In this document: positions 30,327 through 38,277 of the stretch, piece by piece
Position numbering within the stretch: the first letter of the stretch is position 1
How the letters are laid out: every line of letters starts with the position of its first letter
Assembly (NCBI GenBank): GCA_045597145.1
Contig: JAZODU010000023.1
Location: forward strand, 2,987-66,986
DNA length: 64,000 bases
Direction of reading: 5' to 3'
From: Eubacteriales bacterium
GTDB taxonomy: Bacteria; Bacillota; Clostridia; Oscillospirales; CAG-272
Notes under the pieces: generated by a model
Told to the model about the DNA's origin: nothing
The model's input: only the letters and a program-made list of their open reading frames with translations
Databases searched by the model: none
Made by a program: the position numbers and the translations under genes

Positions 30327-30745
30327 CGCAACCTCCCCCTTTTCCAAAACAGCAGTACGAGGAAGAAGGGCGCGCCGACCAGTGCCATCATGATCCCCAC
30401 GGGGATCTCGGTGGGGGCAAGCAGCACGCGCCCCAAAAGGTCGGCAAGCACCGTTACCGTGCCGCCGGTTTCCAAGCCGTACTGTGCCAAAAACGCGCGC
30501 AGGGGCTCAATATTTTCGTAAGGGACCGTCTGAATTTCAAAGGTCATGCGCGAGGTAAGTGCTACCTTGCCGCTTCCAAAGCGGCGGGACGCCTGTGCGA
30601 CCGCCTCCATGACCTCTGCCGACACGCGACCGTTGACGGTCAGCACGCGCGCGTTGAAGCAGTTGGGCGTGGTCTTGTCACGCAAAAAGCCCAAGCCCTT
30701 GACACGCGCGATATCCTCGGGCGTGGGGACGTAAGAATTGCTCAT
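30323..30745 (-). pseudogene. chimeric ORF: nitrite/sulfite-reductase-ferredoxin-like N-terminal fragment fused to the last ~40 aa of a FecCD-type ABC permease
   Basis: From ATG 30745 (GGAGG upstream): [24 protein letters not shown]...[14 protein letters not shown]...[10 protein letters not shown]. It then reads [42 protein letters not shown], the FecCD C-terminal signature. Confidence 0.5.
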
Positions 30746-30924
30746 AATATGCCTCCGATCGTATAAAACAGTATCAATAAAATTGAATGCTTCGGCAGGG
30801 ACATTATAGCACGAAAACGCAATTTTTTCACCCCGCGCGTGCATATATTTTGCAAAAAGCGGGAAATATAGCACCGAGCGGACAAAAAAGGCAGAAAAAA
30901 ACGGAAAAATTTTGCAAAAAGATA

Positions 30925-30953
30925 TTGACAAACCAAATCGAATCTGCTATAAT
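30925..30953 (+). promoter_or_regulatory. consensus sigma-A promoter for tRNA-Gln: TTGACA, 17-nt spacer, TGcTATAAT
   Basis: TTGACA at 30925-30930 and TATAAT at 30948-30953, with TG at -15/-14. The tRNA starts about 19 nt downstream. Confidence 0.7.
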
Positions 30954-30971
30954 ATGCGTTGTGAATTGAAT

Positions 30972-31047
30972 TGCGGCGTCGCCAAGCGGTAAGGCAACGG
31001 ACTCTGACTCCGTCATTACCTAGGTTCGAATCCTAGCGCCGCAGCCA
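30972..31047 (+). tRNA. tRNA-Gln (anticodon CTG), CCA encoded
   Basis: Acceptor TGCGGCG/CGCCGCA. The D-arm GCCAAGCGGTAAGGC is typical of tRNA-Gln. Anticodon stem ACGGA/TCCGT with loop CT-CTG-AC. T-arm CTAGG-TTCGAAT-CCTAG. Ends G-CCA. Confidence 0.85.
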
Positions 31048-31082
31048 CCTTTTCTGACCTTAATAGATGCAGGTCGGATAAA

Positions 31083-31114
31083 CCCAGATTCCATAAGGAG
31101 TCTGGGCTTTTTTT
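31083..31114 (+). terminator. intrinsic terminator after tRNA-Gln
   Basis: CCCAGATTCC-ataa-GGAGTCTGGG followed by CTTTTTTT. Confidence 0.65.
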
Positions 31115-31164
31115 ATCGAAAAATTCAGGTTGAAAACAAATAGATGCCAATGGGTGCTTTCGAG

Positions 31165-31196
31165 GGTTGTCAGGGATTCGAACCCCTGCACTCAAA
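31165..31196 (-). other. possible tRNA 3'-half fragment (T-arm-like GGTTCGAATCC) on the minus strand
   Basis: The reverse complement reads GAGTGCAGGGGTTCGAATCCCTGACAACCCTC. It is T-arm-like but has no complete cloverleaf. Confidence 0.3.
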
Positions 31197-31330
31197 AAAA
31201 GCAGTCAATAAAACAAGTATTATTCTAACATATCACAATTTTTCTTCAAAACCATAAATGATGTTGATTTATTTACATTTTTATGATATAATTATAGCAG
31301 ATTAATAAGATGCAACAGATAGAGGTATAT

Positions 31331-32410
31331 ATGATTACTGTTAATGAATACATCGTCGATAATCGTTTTTCGGCGCCTTGCTTTGTTCGCGGTGATGCAT
31401 TGAAAGTTCTGGAATATTTGCCGGACGAATGTATTGATTGCGTTGTAACCAGTCCCCCTTATTATATGAAAAGGCAATATTTGGGTGGTGGCATTGGATT
31501 GGAATCAACATATCAAGAATATATTGATAATCTCCTTGCCATTGTTAAAGAGGTTTACCGTGTGCTTAAACCATCGGGTTCTTTTTGGCTAAATATAGGA
31601 GATAGCTATAAAAATAAGCAGTTGTTAAACATACCTCATCGTGTTGCAATCAGAATGCAAGATGAACAGAATTGGATATTACGTAATACAGTTGTTTGGG
31701 ATAAAATGAAAGGTGCGATGTCTCAATCCAAGGATAGTTTAGGTTGCGAGTATGAGCCGATATTTCATTTTGTCAAAAGGAAAAACGGATATTATTACAA
31801 TTCTGATGCAGTAAGAAAGAAGCCTCGTAGTGCGCGTGTTGAAAATGGCGCGGTAGTAAGTGCCACGGGAGTAAGTGGTGTTAGATATCGCAGAAAAATT
31901 GAACTAAGCACAGAACTCACCGAAGAACAAAGAGCCAATGCATATAAGGCACTTGATGATGTATTAGAGCGAATCAAAAAAGGCGAGTTGTCGGACTTTA
32001 GAATGGTCATTAAAGGCGCAAATCAGCGTGTAACAAATGGGGATACTACCAATCTAAGTGGTAGAGCTAAAGAATTGCAGGAGAAAGGATTCTATTTTCT
32101 TTTCTATAATCCTAACGGCAGTATGATTTCTGACGTGTGGCAAATTATCCCCGAAGATACTCAGGGAAGAAAATTGCATTTTGCGCCGTTTCCAGAAGAC
32201 TTAGTTAAAACACCGATTATTCTTACTTGCCCTCCGGATGGAATAGTATTAGATCCGTTTGTTGGAACAGGGACAACCAGTTATGTAGCTGCACAACTTA
32301 ATCGCAGATCAATCGGCATTGATATGGCACAGGAATACCTGGAACTTGCAGAGACCAGATGCTCTGAATATGGATGCTTAAATAATGGGGAATTGGAGAC
32401 TTTGATATGA
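31331..32410 (+). CDS. type II DNA methyltransferase (beta-class amino-MTase; SPPY motif, N4-C or N6-A)
   Basis: ORF 31310..32410. The start is ATG 31331 (GAGGT upstream). DCVVTSPPYY (motif IV) lies near the N-terminus and LDPFVGTGTT (motif I) near the C-terminus. The region is AT-rich. Confidence 0.85.
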   Translation: MITVNEYIVDNRFSAPCFVRGDALKVLEYLPDECIDCVVTSPPYYMKRQYLGGGIGLESTYQEYIDNLLAIVKEVYRVLKPSGSFWLNIGDSYKNKQLLNIPHRVAIRMQDEQNWILRNTVVWDKMKGAMSQSKDSLGCEYEPIFHFVKRKNGYYYNSDAVRKKPRSARVENGAVVSATGVSGVRYRRKIELSTELTEEQRANAYKALDDVLERIKKGELSDFRMVIKGANQRVTNGDTTNLSGRAKELQEKGFYFLFYNPNGSMISDVWQIIPEDTQGRKLHFAPFPEDLVKTPIILTCPPDGIVLDPFVGTGTTSYVAAQLNRRSIGIDMAQEYLELAETRCSEYGCLNNGELETLI

Positions 32411-32453
32411 GTAAAATAAGTGAATTTTTTGGATTATACTGTAAAACCCATCA

Positions 32454-33254
32454 TTGGATTTCAAACAAGCAATGACCACACAAATCTGTCCTTATACTCA
32501 ACGGATTTGCACCAAAACGAGAAAATCCGATCCAGAGATTAAAATCGGAACTTGTTCTGTGAAGTATCAGAATCAAGATGTTATCATTTGTCCTTTTCGT
32601 TTGTTAGAACATAATCAAATCTTTATTGATTGTTTGCATTTACTGACGATGCATGAACCAGGTAATGAACTTTATCTTGTTCCGGAGGTACAGATTCCCG
32701 GAGGACATGTTGACTACTTCTTGGTTTCTGCCAAAGATAAAAAAGTGAAAGATTTTATTGGTATCGAGTTGCAGACTATGGATACAACCGGAACTGTATG
32801 GCCTGAACGTCAACGCTTCTTGGACGAACAAGGTATTGAAGTCAGCGCCGACGATTTGAACAATAAAAAACCTTTTGGAATGAATTGGAAGATGACGTTA
32901 AAAACCATTCTTGTCCAGATGCATCACAAGAGCGAAACATTTGAGCACTTGAATAAGCACTTGGTTTTGATTATTCAAAAGCCACTATTTGAACATATGA
33001 AGAGTGACTTCAATTTTGAAGGGATTGAAGGTGTAAGACTTGGCGATCCAGTACATATTCATTCGTACAATTTTGAAGAAAAGGAAAACCGCTTAAATCT
33101 TTCTCTCCACAGTCGTGTTAGTACAGATTCTGTGGGTATTGCGAACTGCCTTGGTTTGAACGCAGAAAGCAAAGTTGAATTACAGGATTTGATTCGAATC
33201 TTGGAGCCGAAACTGATTGAAGCTAACAGACTGAAAATTGGAATAAACAGATGA
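32454..33254 (+). CDS. NotI-family-like type II restriction endonuclease (5' end uncertain or frameshifted)
   Basis: Cys4-type N-terminus ICPYTQRIC...GTCSV...ICPFRL and IGIELQTMDTTG resemble what I recall of the NotI family. An ATG at 32407 overlaps the MTase stop (ATGA) but lies in another frame and terminates at 32475. Confidence 0.6.
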   Translation: MDFKQAMTTQICPYTQRICTKTRKSDPEIKIGTCSVKYQNQDVIICPFRLLEHNQIFIDCLHLLTMHEPGNELYLVPEVQIPGGHVDYFLVSAKDKKVKDFIGIELQTMDTTGTVWPERQRFLDEQGIEVSADDLNNKKPFGMNWKMTLKTILVQMHHKSETFEHLNKHLVLIIQKPLFEHMKSDFNFEGIEGVRLGDPVHIHSYNFEEKENRLNLSLHSRVSTDSVGIANCLGLNAESKVELQDLIRILEPKLIEANRLKIGINR

Positions 33255-33297
33255 AAGAAAGTGTGTTGTCAAATAAACATCTATTAAGTCCATAAAG

Positions 33298-33340
33298 GCC
33301 AACAAGAAAAGCCACCCGTTGGGTGGCTTTTCTTGTTGGC
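33298..33340 (+). terminator. long hairpin after the nuclease gene
   Basis: GCCAACAAGAAAAGCCACCC-gtt-GGGTGGCTTTTCTTGTTGGC: a perfect 20-bp stem. Confidence 0.6.
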
Positions 33341-33412
33341 TGCGGCGCTAACGCTTTGAAACATTGCTACGCAACGCGAAGCGTTGTGGAGCTAGGTTCG
33401 GTTTCGCCGCTC
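33311..33412 (+). repeat. 102-bp direct repeat, copy 1
   Basis: GCCACCCGTTGGGTGGCTTTTCTTGTTGGCTGCGGCGCTAACGCTTTGAAACATTGCTACGCAACGCGAAGCGTTGTGGAGCTAGGTTCGGTTTCGCCGCTC. Confidence 0.85.
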
Positions 33413-33497
33413 GGAGATCGGGTAGCTTGCTCACCAGGCGGAGAGCGTACGAATTCTTGCCCGCAGGGCGAGTATCCTAGCACTTTTCCATCTTCTC

Positions 33498-33599
33498 GCC
33501 ACCCGTTGGGTGGCTTTTCTTGTTGGCTGCGGTGCTAACGCTTCGAAACGTTGCTACGCAACGCGAAGCGTTGTGGAGTTAGGTTCGGTTTCGCCGCTC
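33498..33599 (+). repeat. 102-bp direct repeat, copy 2 (4 mismatches to copy 1; 187-bp period)
   Basis: Same sequence as 33311-33412 apart from 4 substitutions by hand alignment. It ends 17 nt from the GH29 stop codon. Confidence 0.85.
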
Positions 33600-33615
33600 T
33601 TTCTATGCTCTGTTG

Positions 33616-34851
33616 TCAGATCTCTATTTTTGCGACCTTGACGACCAGATTTTCTCCGTACTTTTGCGAGTCGTAGCGAACCGTGACGCGGTCGCCGTCC
33701 TGCACGAAATCCAGCGTCTTGTCGGAATCGATCCACTTGACCGACTTGATCCGCTCGGAAAGGCGGAATTTGTCGGTATAGTCGGTGCTCTCAACCCCCT
33801 CCGTAACGTTGACGTCGCCGCTCATCGGAATGTTGTGCACGAACAGATAGTAGCAATCCTCACCGCGCAGCAAGAAATCCTTTTCCTTGCCCTCAATCTC
33901 GATCCCCGCAGGGCGCGGCAGATACAGTGCCTCGCGGTGCAATTTTGCCCACTCTCCGAGCGTGAGAAGCATTGCCTTATCCAAGGGACGGAGCAGACCG
34001 TTGCCCATAGGGCCGACGTTCAAAAGGAAATTGGAGCCGTAGCGGCGGCAGATGCAAAAGTCGCAGATGATCTCCTCGAGCGACTTGAAATGGAAATCAC
34101 GTGCGGCATATCCCCAGTGATCCGCGAAGATCTGGCACATCTCGCTCGCCACATACTTGGGCGAATCGGCAAGATTGATCTGTCCGGGTCTGCCTCGCTC
34201 AAAGGTCACGGAATCCAATTCAATATGCCCCAACGCTCCGCGCGCGCCAAGCCCCGTGTTGTTAATGATCATCGCCTCGGGCTGGTGGGAGCGAATCATG
34301 GAATAGAGCGCGTCCTCCTCCCAATCGTCGTTCGGGCGGTCCCACATTCCGTCAAACCAAATGCCGCCGATCGGTCCGTAATTGGTGCAAAGAAGCTCTA
34401 CGCTACGGCGCAAATATTGAAGATATGCAGGGAAATCGGTTTTGTAGATCGGCTCGTGCCAATCCAAGAGGGTGTGGTAAAAGAACGGTATGATCCCCAC
34501 CTCGCGGCAAGCGTCCACGAACTCGCGCACCAGATCCCGCCCTGCAGCCCCGTGCGGCGCGTCATAGGTGTTGAGTCCGCAGGTGTCGTAGAGCGAAAAA
34601 CCGTCGTGGTGGCGCGTGGTGAGCGTGATGTACTTGCAGCCTGCGGCTTTCGCAGTCGCCACAAGATCGGTCGCCCATGCGGGGTCGGGATTGAACACGT
34701 CGAACAGTGCTTCGTACTCCTCAACTGACACGTCCGTGGAATGAAGTGCCCACTCCCCCTTGGCGTATTCGCTGTAAAGCCCGAGATGCACGAACATTCC
34801 AAAGCCCAGCCGCTCAAACCGCTTGATGTATTCCTTAACGATCATAACCAT
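33616..34851 (-). CDS. alpha-L-fucosidase (GH29)
   Basis: 411 aa. FGMFVHLGLYS, YITLTTRHHDGFSLYD and FYHTLLDWH are typical GH29 motifs. Confidence 0.9.
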   Translation of the reverse strand: MVMIVKEYIKRFERLGFGMFVHLGLYSEYAKGEWALHSTDVSVEEYEALFDVFNPDPAWATDLVATAKAAGCKYITLTTRHHDGFSLYDTCGLNTYDAPHGAAGRDLVREFVDACREVGIIPFFYHTLLDWHEPIYKTDFPAYLQYLRRSVELLCTNYGPIGGIWFDGMWDRPNDDWEEDALYSMIRSHQPEAMIINNTGLGARGALGHIELDSVTFERGRPGQINLADSPKYVASEMCQIFADHWGYAARDFHFKSLEEIICDFCICRRYGSNFLLNVGPMGNGLLRPLDKAMLLTLGEWAKLHREALYLPRPAGIEIEGKEKDFLLRGEDCYYLFVHNIPMSGDVNVTEGVESTDYTDKFRLSERIKSVKWIDSDKTLDFVQDGDRVTVRYDSQKYGENLVVKVAKIEI

Positions 34852-35319
34852 ACTCCTTTTCGATGCTTTTTATACCTTTATCATACCATAAACACAGGCA
34901 TAAAAACATGGATTTTTTGACTGATTTTATGGATTTTTGCATATTCCCTCAGATCCCGCCAAAGGCCGCGGGAAACATTTTCACAGCATTTTTGTACAGG
35001 ATGTTTTCCTACCCATCAAGTACTCGAACTTATAAGCCCTACGGCGCGCAATTTCCGCGTCTTACGCCGTAGCTCGCCTTGAAAAGTCCGCACTTTCCTG
35101 CGGCTCGCTTCGCCGAAATCCATCAAGAATTGCATCGCCGGAGGGTGCGTGCGGTTTTGAGAGCGCAAACGGTTGGGAGAAACAAGGAAAAAAGGTGAAG
35201 CAATATAAAAATATTGCGAGACTTTTATCCACCTTTTGCGTTGCATTTTTTACTTGACGGCATCACCTTTTTGTGCTATACTGTTGTTGAAAAATCCCAC
35301 GAAACAAAGAGGAAGCAAT

Positions 35320-35895
35320 ATGTTTTACATCATCACGATTTCGGTGGCTTCGCTGCTGATCACGCTCGGAAACTTTTTGGCGGACGGAAACTACTCGTTC
35401 GCGTCCTTTGGTATTCTGCTTCTGATCACGGTCGCAGGCGTGGCGGCGGTGATCCTTGTCGACGGGCTGTTCGCGTTCATCGCTCGCCGCCTGCCCGAGC
35501 GTTGGTTCGCGCCCGAGGCAAAGGCATTCTCCGTTCCCAAGTGGGAAAAGGACCTCTATCGCCGCACAAAAATCAACACGTGGAAAAAGCACGTACCCGA
35601 ATGGGGCTGCTTTACGGGCTTTCATAAGGATCGTATGCGCGACCCCAACGACAGTGCCTACATCGGTCGCTTTCTGCTCGAATCCAACTATGGGGTGCTG
35701 GGGCACGTCCTCGGCTCCTGCTTCGGATTTCTGATCATGCTCCTGCCCTTCCTGCGCCCCCTCTCCATCGCGCTCCCCGTTGCCATCGTCAATTTCATTC
35801 TCAATATGCTCCCCACGATGATCCTGCGCTTCAACACCCCCGCCCTGCGCCGCCTCTACCGCCGAAACCTCGCACGCGAGCAGGCGGAAGCATGA
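35320..35895 (+). CDS. hypothetical membrane protein (possibly CrtO-like acyltransferase family)
   Basis: ORF 35236..35895. The start is ATG 35320 (AGAGGAAG upstream). Several TM helices. The WEKDLYRRTKINTWKKHVPEWG segment resembles that family, but recognition is weak. Confidence 0.55.
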   Translation: MFYIITISVASLLITLGNFLADGNYSFASFGILLLITVAGVAAVILVDGLFAFIARRLPERWFAPEAKAFSVPKWEKDLYRRTKINTWKKHVPEWGCFTGFHKDRMRDPNDSAYIGRFLLESNYGVLGHVLGSCFGFLIMLLPFLRPLSIALPVAIVNFILNMLPTMILRFNTPALRRLYRRNLAREQAEA

Positions 35896-36129
35896 GAGAA
35901 CGCGCTTTCTCGCTACATCCCTCTTTCAAAAACCTTCACCAAAGGAATAGACCACCCTCAAAGGGCACTGCCTTCACAGCAGTGCCCTCTTTTGTTTGTG
36001 CACCCTTTGTAGCGCCACACGAACGGCTCCCCCCGCGCAGGCGCGAAAAAAGGCACTGCTTTGCTTGCAGTGCCTTTTGAGGGCAGCTATAACTTTTTTG
36101 GAGGTGCGTCCTTTTGAGGGCTTATACGA

Positions 36130-36837
36130 TCAAAGCCCTCGAATAAAGCAGAGCAGCTCGTCAAATCCGCCGTGCGGATAAACCGAAATATCCTTGTTTT
36201 CCTTGTTGATGAGGCAGTCGGTCAAAAGAAAGACGCTCATGCCGAGCCGCTCGGCGATCATGTCCTCGCCCACGTCGTTGCCCACCATCACGCACTCCTC
36301 GGCACGCAAGCCGAGTGCTGCCAGAACGTCGCGGTAGTAGTCAAGATTCGGCTTGCAGTGGCGGGAATTTTCATAGGTGGTAAAGCATTCAAAGTCCGAC
36401 GGCGCAAGCCCTGCCCACGCGATGCGGCACTCGGTCGCCACCGACGGAAAGAGCGGATTGGTGGCAAGGGCTGTGCGCAGTCCCTTTTCCTTGACCGCTT
36501 CAATGACCGCCTTGGCGCGCGCGTCAAAGCCGCAAAAGGCTTGCACCTTGGGGAAATCCTCGGCGTAAAACGCCTCGAACACGGGATACTCCGCGCGGAT
36601 CTCCTCGCCGAAAATGTCAACGAAGCAATCCCAAAAGACCTCCTCGTTGGTTCTCTCCCCCGTGTTCATGACCATTGCCTTCGTGCCCGCCCAGATCGCG
36701 TCCACGATCCTCTGCGGCTCGTAGCCGCGCGGTGCCAATTTTTTGGTCAGCCCGCCGAAATACGCCTTGATGAACACGTCCTGATCCATGGGAAGCAGCG
36801 TTCCGTCCAGATCAAACAATACAGCCTTGATGCTCAT
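36130..36837 (-). CDS. HAD family hydrolase
   Basis: MSIKAVLFDLDGTLL (DxDGT motif I), and GNDVGEDM near the C-terminus. Confidence 0.85.
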   Translation of the reverse strand: MSIKAVLFDLDGTLLPMDQDVFIKAYFGGLTKKLAPRGYEPQRIVDAIWAGTKAMVMNTGERTNEEVFWDCFVDIFGEEIRAEYPVFEAFYAEDFPKVQAFCGFDARAKAVIEAVKEKGLRTALATNPLFPSVATECRIAWAGLAPSDFECFTTYENSRHCKPNLDYYRDVLAALGLRAEECVMVGNDVGEDMIAERLGMSVFLLTDCLINKENKDISVYPHGGFDELLCFIRGL

Positions 36838-36946
36838 ACGTTACCTCGCTTTGAAAATTCATGCAGGATCATTATACCATACGTTGGTGTTTTTTGTCAA
36901 CACCGCCGGCGGTTTTCATGCCAAAAAGGGCACCCGTAGGTACCCC

Positions 36947-37168
36947 TCAACCGTGAAGCTTGCGCGGCTGGTCGATCAGCCCCGCAAGATAGTCGATAGA
37001 TATATTATAGTATTGCGCGAGGATCATGTATTTGTCGATTCCCATCCTCTGAACTCCGCGCTCGTAGCGGCTGTATTGCGTTTGCTGAATGTAGAGCACC
37101 GCCGCGATCTCCTCTTGACTTTTGTCGGCATCCTCGCGCACATCCCGCAGCCTCTGATAATACTTCAT
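36947..37168 (-). CDS. XRE family helix-turn-helix transcriptional regulator
   Basis: ORF 36947..37195. The start is ATG 37168. MKYYQRLRDVREDADKSQEEIAAVLYIQQTQYSRYERG is a classic Cro/C1 HTH. Confidence 0.85.
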   Translation of the reverse strand: MKYYQRLRDVREDADKSQEEIAAVLYIQQTQYSRYERGVQRMGIDKYMILAQYYNISIDYLAGLIDQPRKLHG

Positions 37169-37234
37169 AATACCCCCAAAGCAATGAGCTTTCACCCTTA
37201 TTGTGGCAGTATAACAAAATTTTATGAAAACCTC

Positions 37235-37263
37235 TTGATAATAGAACTAAAAAGTTCTATAAT
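37235..37263 (+). promoter_or_regulatory. promoter TTGATA, 17-nt spacer, TATAAT, with an embedded palindromic operator ATAGAAC-N6-GTTCTAT
   Basis: TTGATA at 37235-37240 and TATAAT at 37258-37263. The inverted repeat at 37241-37247 / 37254-37260 fills the spacer. It sits between the divergent XRE and membrane-protein genes. Confidence 0.55.
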
Positions 37264-37308
37264 ATAAGAGAGTACTAAAAAGCACTAACAAAGAGAGGAG
37301 AAAAAAGA

Positions 37309-38277
37309 ATGAAAACAAAAGGAACAAAAATTTTGATGCACTGCTCGTATATCCTACTGACTGTTTTAATCCTGTCAAGTATGTTGTTTTCGGGATATTC
37401 GTTGCTGCGCAGCACAACAGAAAAGCTTTCCCTTATGTCGAAGCTTATTCTGCCCGCAGGAAACAGCTACGAGGATAACGGATATGACTTAAACATCAAA
37501 ATTCTAAAGCAGGAAAAATGGGACGACCTAAACGTCTTAACGCTTCCGCAAGCGTTGTTTAAAACCTCCGAGGTATGTGCATATTATGAGGAAAACAACG
37601 GTTATATTGCAGTAGCTATCGCCAATTCCAGAGGAACAGCCTTTGAAGCGGGCAAGCCGATGGATGCTGATCTCATCACGGATGAATTGAAAATATGCGA
37701 GCTGCTTTTCAAAAGCGCAAAGGGTCTATGCTACGTAGCAGGTGTAGCAATATACGCCGCATTTGGATTAGGGTGCTTCCTTATTTTGAAGCACCTAATC
37801 CAAATGTTAATTGCCTTGTTCGACAAAGGAACCGAGGAAAAAGCCTTCCGCTTTTCATGGGGACTTGGTCTCTTCGGCGTATTCGGATTGTTCTGGGGCG
37901 GGTTGCTGTTTGCACAATGGGCAGTATGCGATGCGTTCAACCGTCTGTACAAGGTGTGCGCTGTTGCGGAGCGTGTGCAGCTGGCACTTACAGGCAGCAT
38001 TCATCCTGTACTTTGGCTCGTGGGGATCATCCTTTACTTGACCGTTATGATGCTTTTGATCAGACGTAGCGGATTAGTTACATCCATGGCGGGCGAAAAA
38101 AGCTTTAAAATGCTGGTTTCCCCCCCAAGGTCGCAGAGCAGCAGGAACAAGAATAAAAGGAAAAACGCCTCGGCTCGACCGAGGCGTTTTTCCTTTTATC
38201 AAAGGCTGTATTCCATATACGTGCTGCCGTCGTCCAGCGACTTCCACGCAAGTGCTCCGTTCTCCAGCGTCATGTAG
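37309..38277 (+). CDS. hypothetical membrane protein (322-codon ORF; 3' end suspicious)
   Basis: GAGAGGAG RBS. N-terminal TM, a soluble segment, then 4-5 TM helices. The gene is AT-rich. The last ~70 codons are low-complexity, read through the terminator hairpin at 38159-38193 and overlap the convergent gene. Confidence 0.5.
   Translation: MKTKGTKILMHCSYILLTVLILSSMLFSGYSLLRSTTEKLSLMSKLILPAGNSYEDNGYDLNIKILKQEKWDDLNVLTLPQALFKTSEVCAYYEENNGYIAVAIANSRGTAFEAGKPMDADLITDELKICELLFKSAKGLCYVAGVAIYAAFGLGCFLILKHLIQMLIALFDKGTEEKAFRFSWGLGLFGVFGLFWGGLLFAQWAVCDAFNRLYKVCAVAERVQLALTGSIHPVLWLVGIILYLTVMMLLIRRSGLVTSMAGEKSFKMLVSPPRSQSSRNKNKRKNASARPRRFSFYQRLYSIYVLPSSSDFHASAPFSSVM
38159..38193. terminator. bidirectional intrinsic terminator
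   Basis: GGAAAAACGCCTCGG-ctcga-CCGAGGCGTTTTTCC. Confidence 0.7.

Noticed and set aside
31048-33340. Integrated prophage or integrative element at tRNA-Gln
   Set aside because: There is no integrase, excisionase, transposase or phage gene. The tRNA gene is intact, and the only tRNA-like duplicate is a 30-nt T-arm-like fragment on the opposite strand. Only a two-gene R-M islet can be supported.
34990-35200. Another intergenic repeat (CTACGGCG...CGCCGTAG hairpin region) possibly related to 33413-33497
   Set aside because: Similarity to the 33.4-kb segment was too weak to align by hand, and there is only one copy in the window. It cannot be supported without a genome-wide search.
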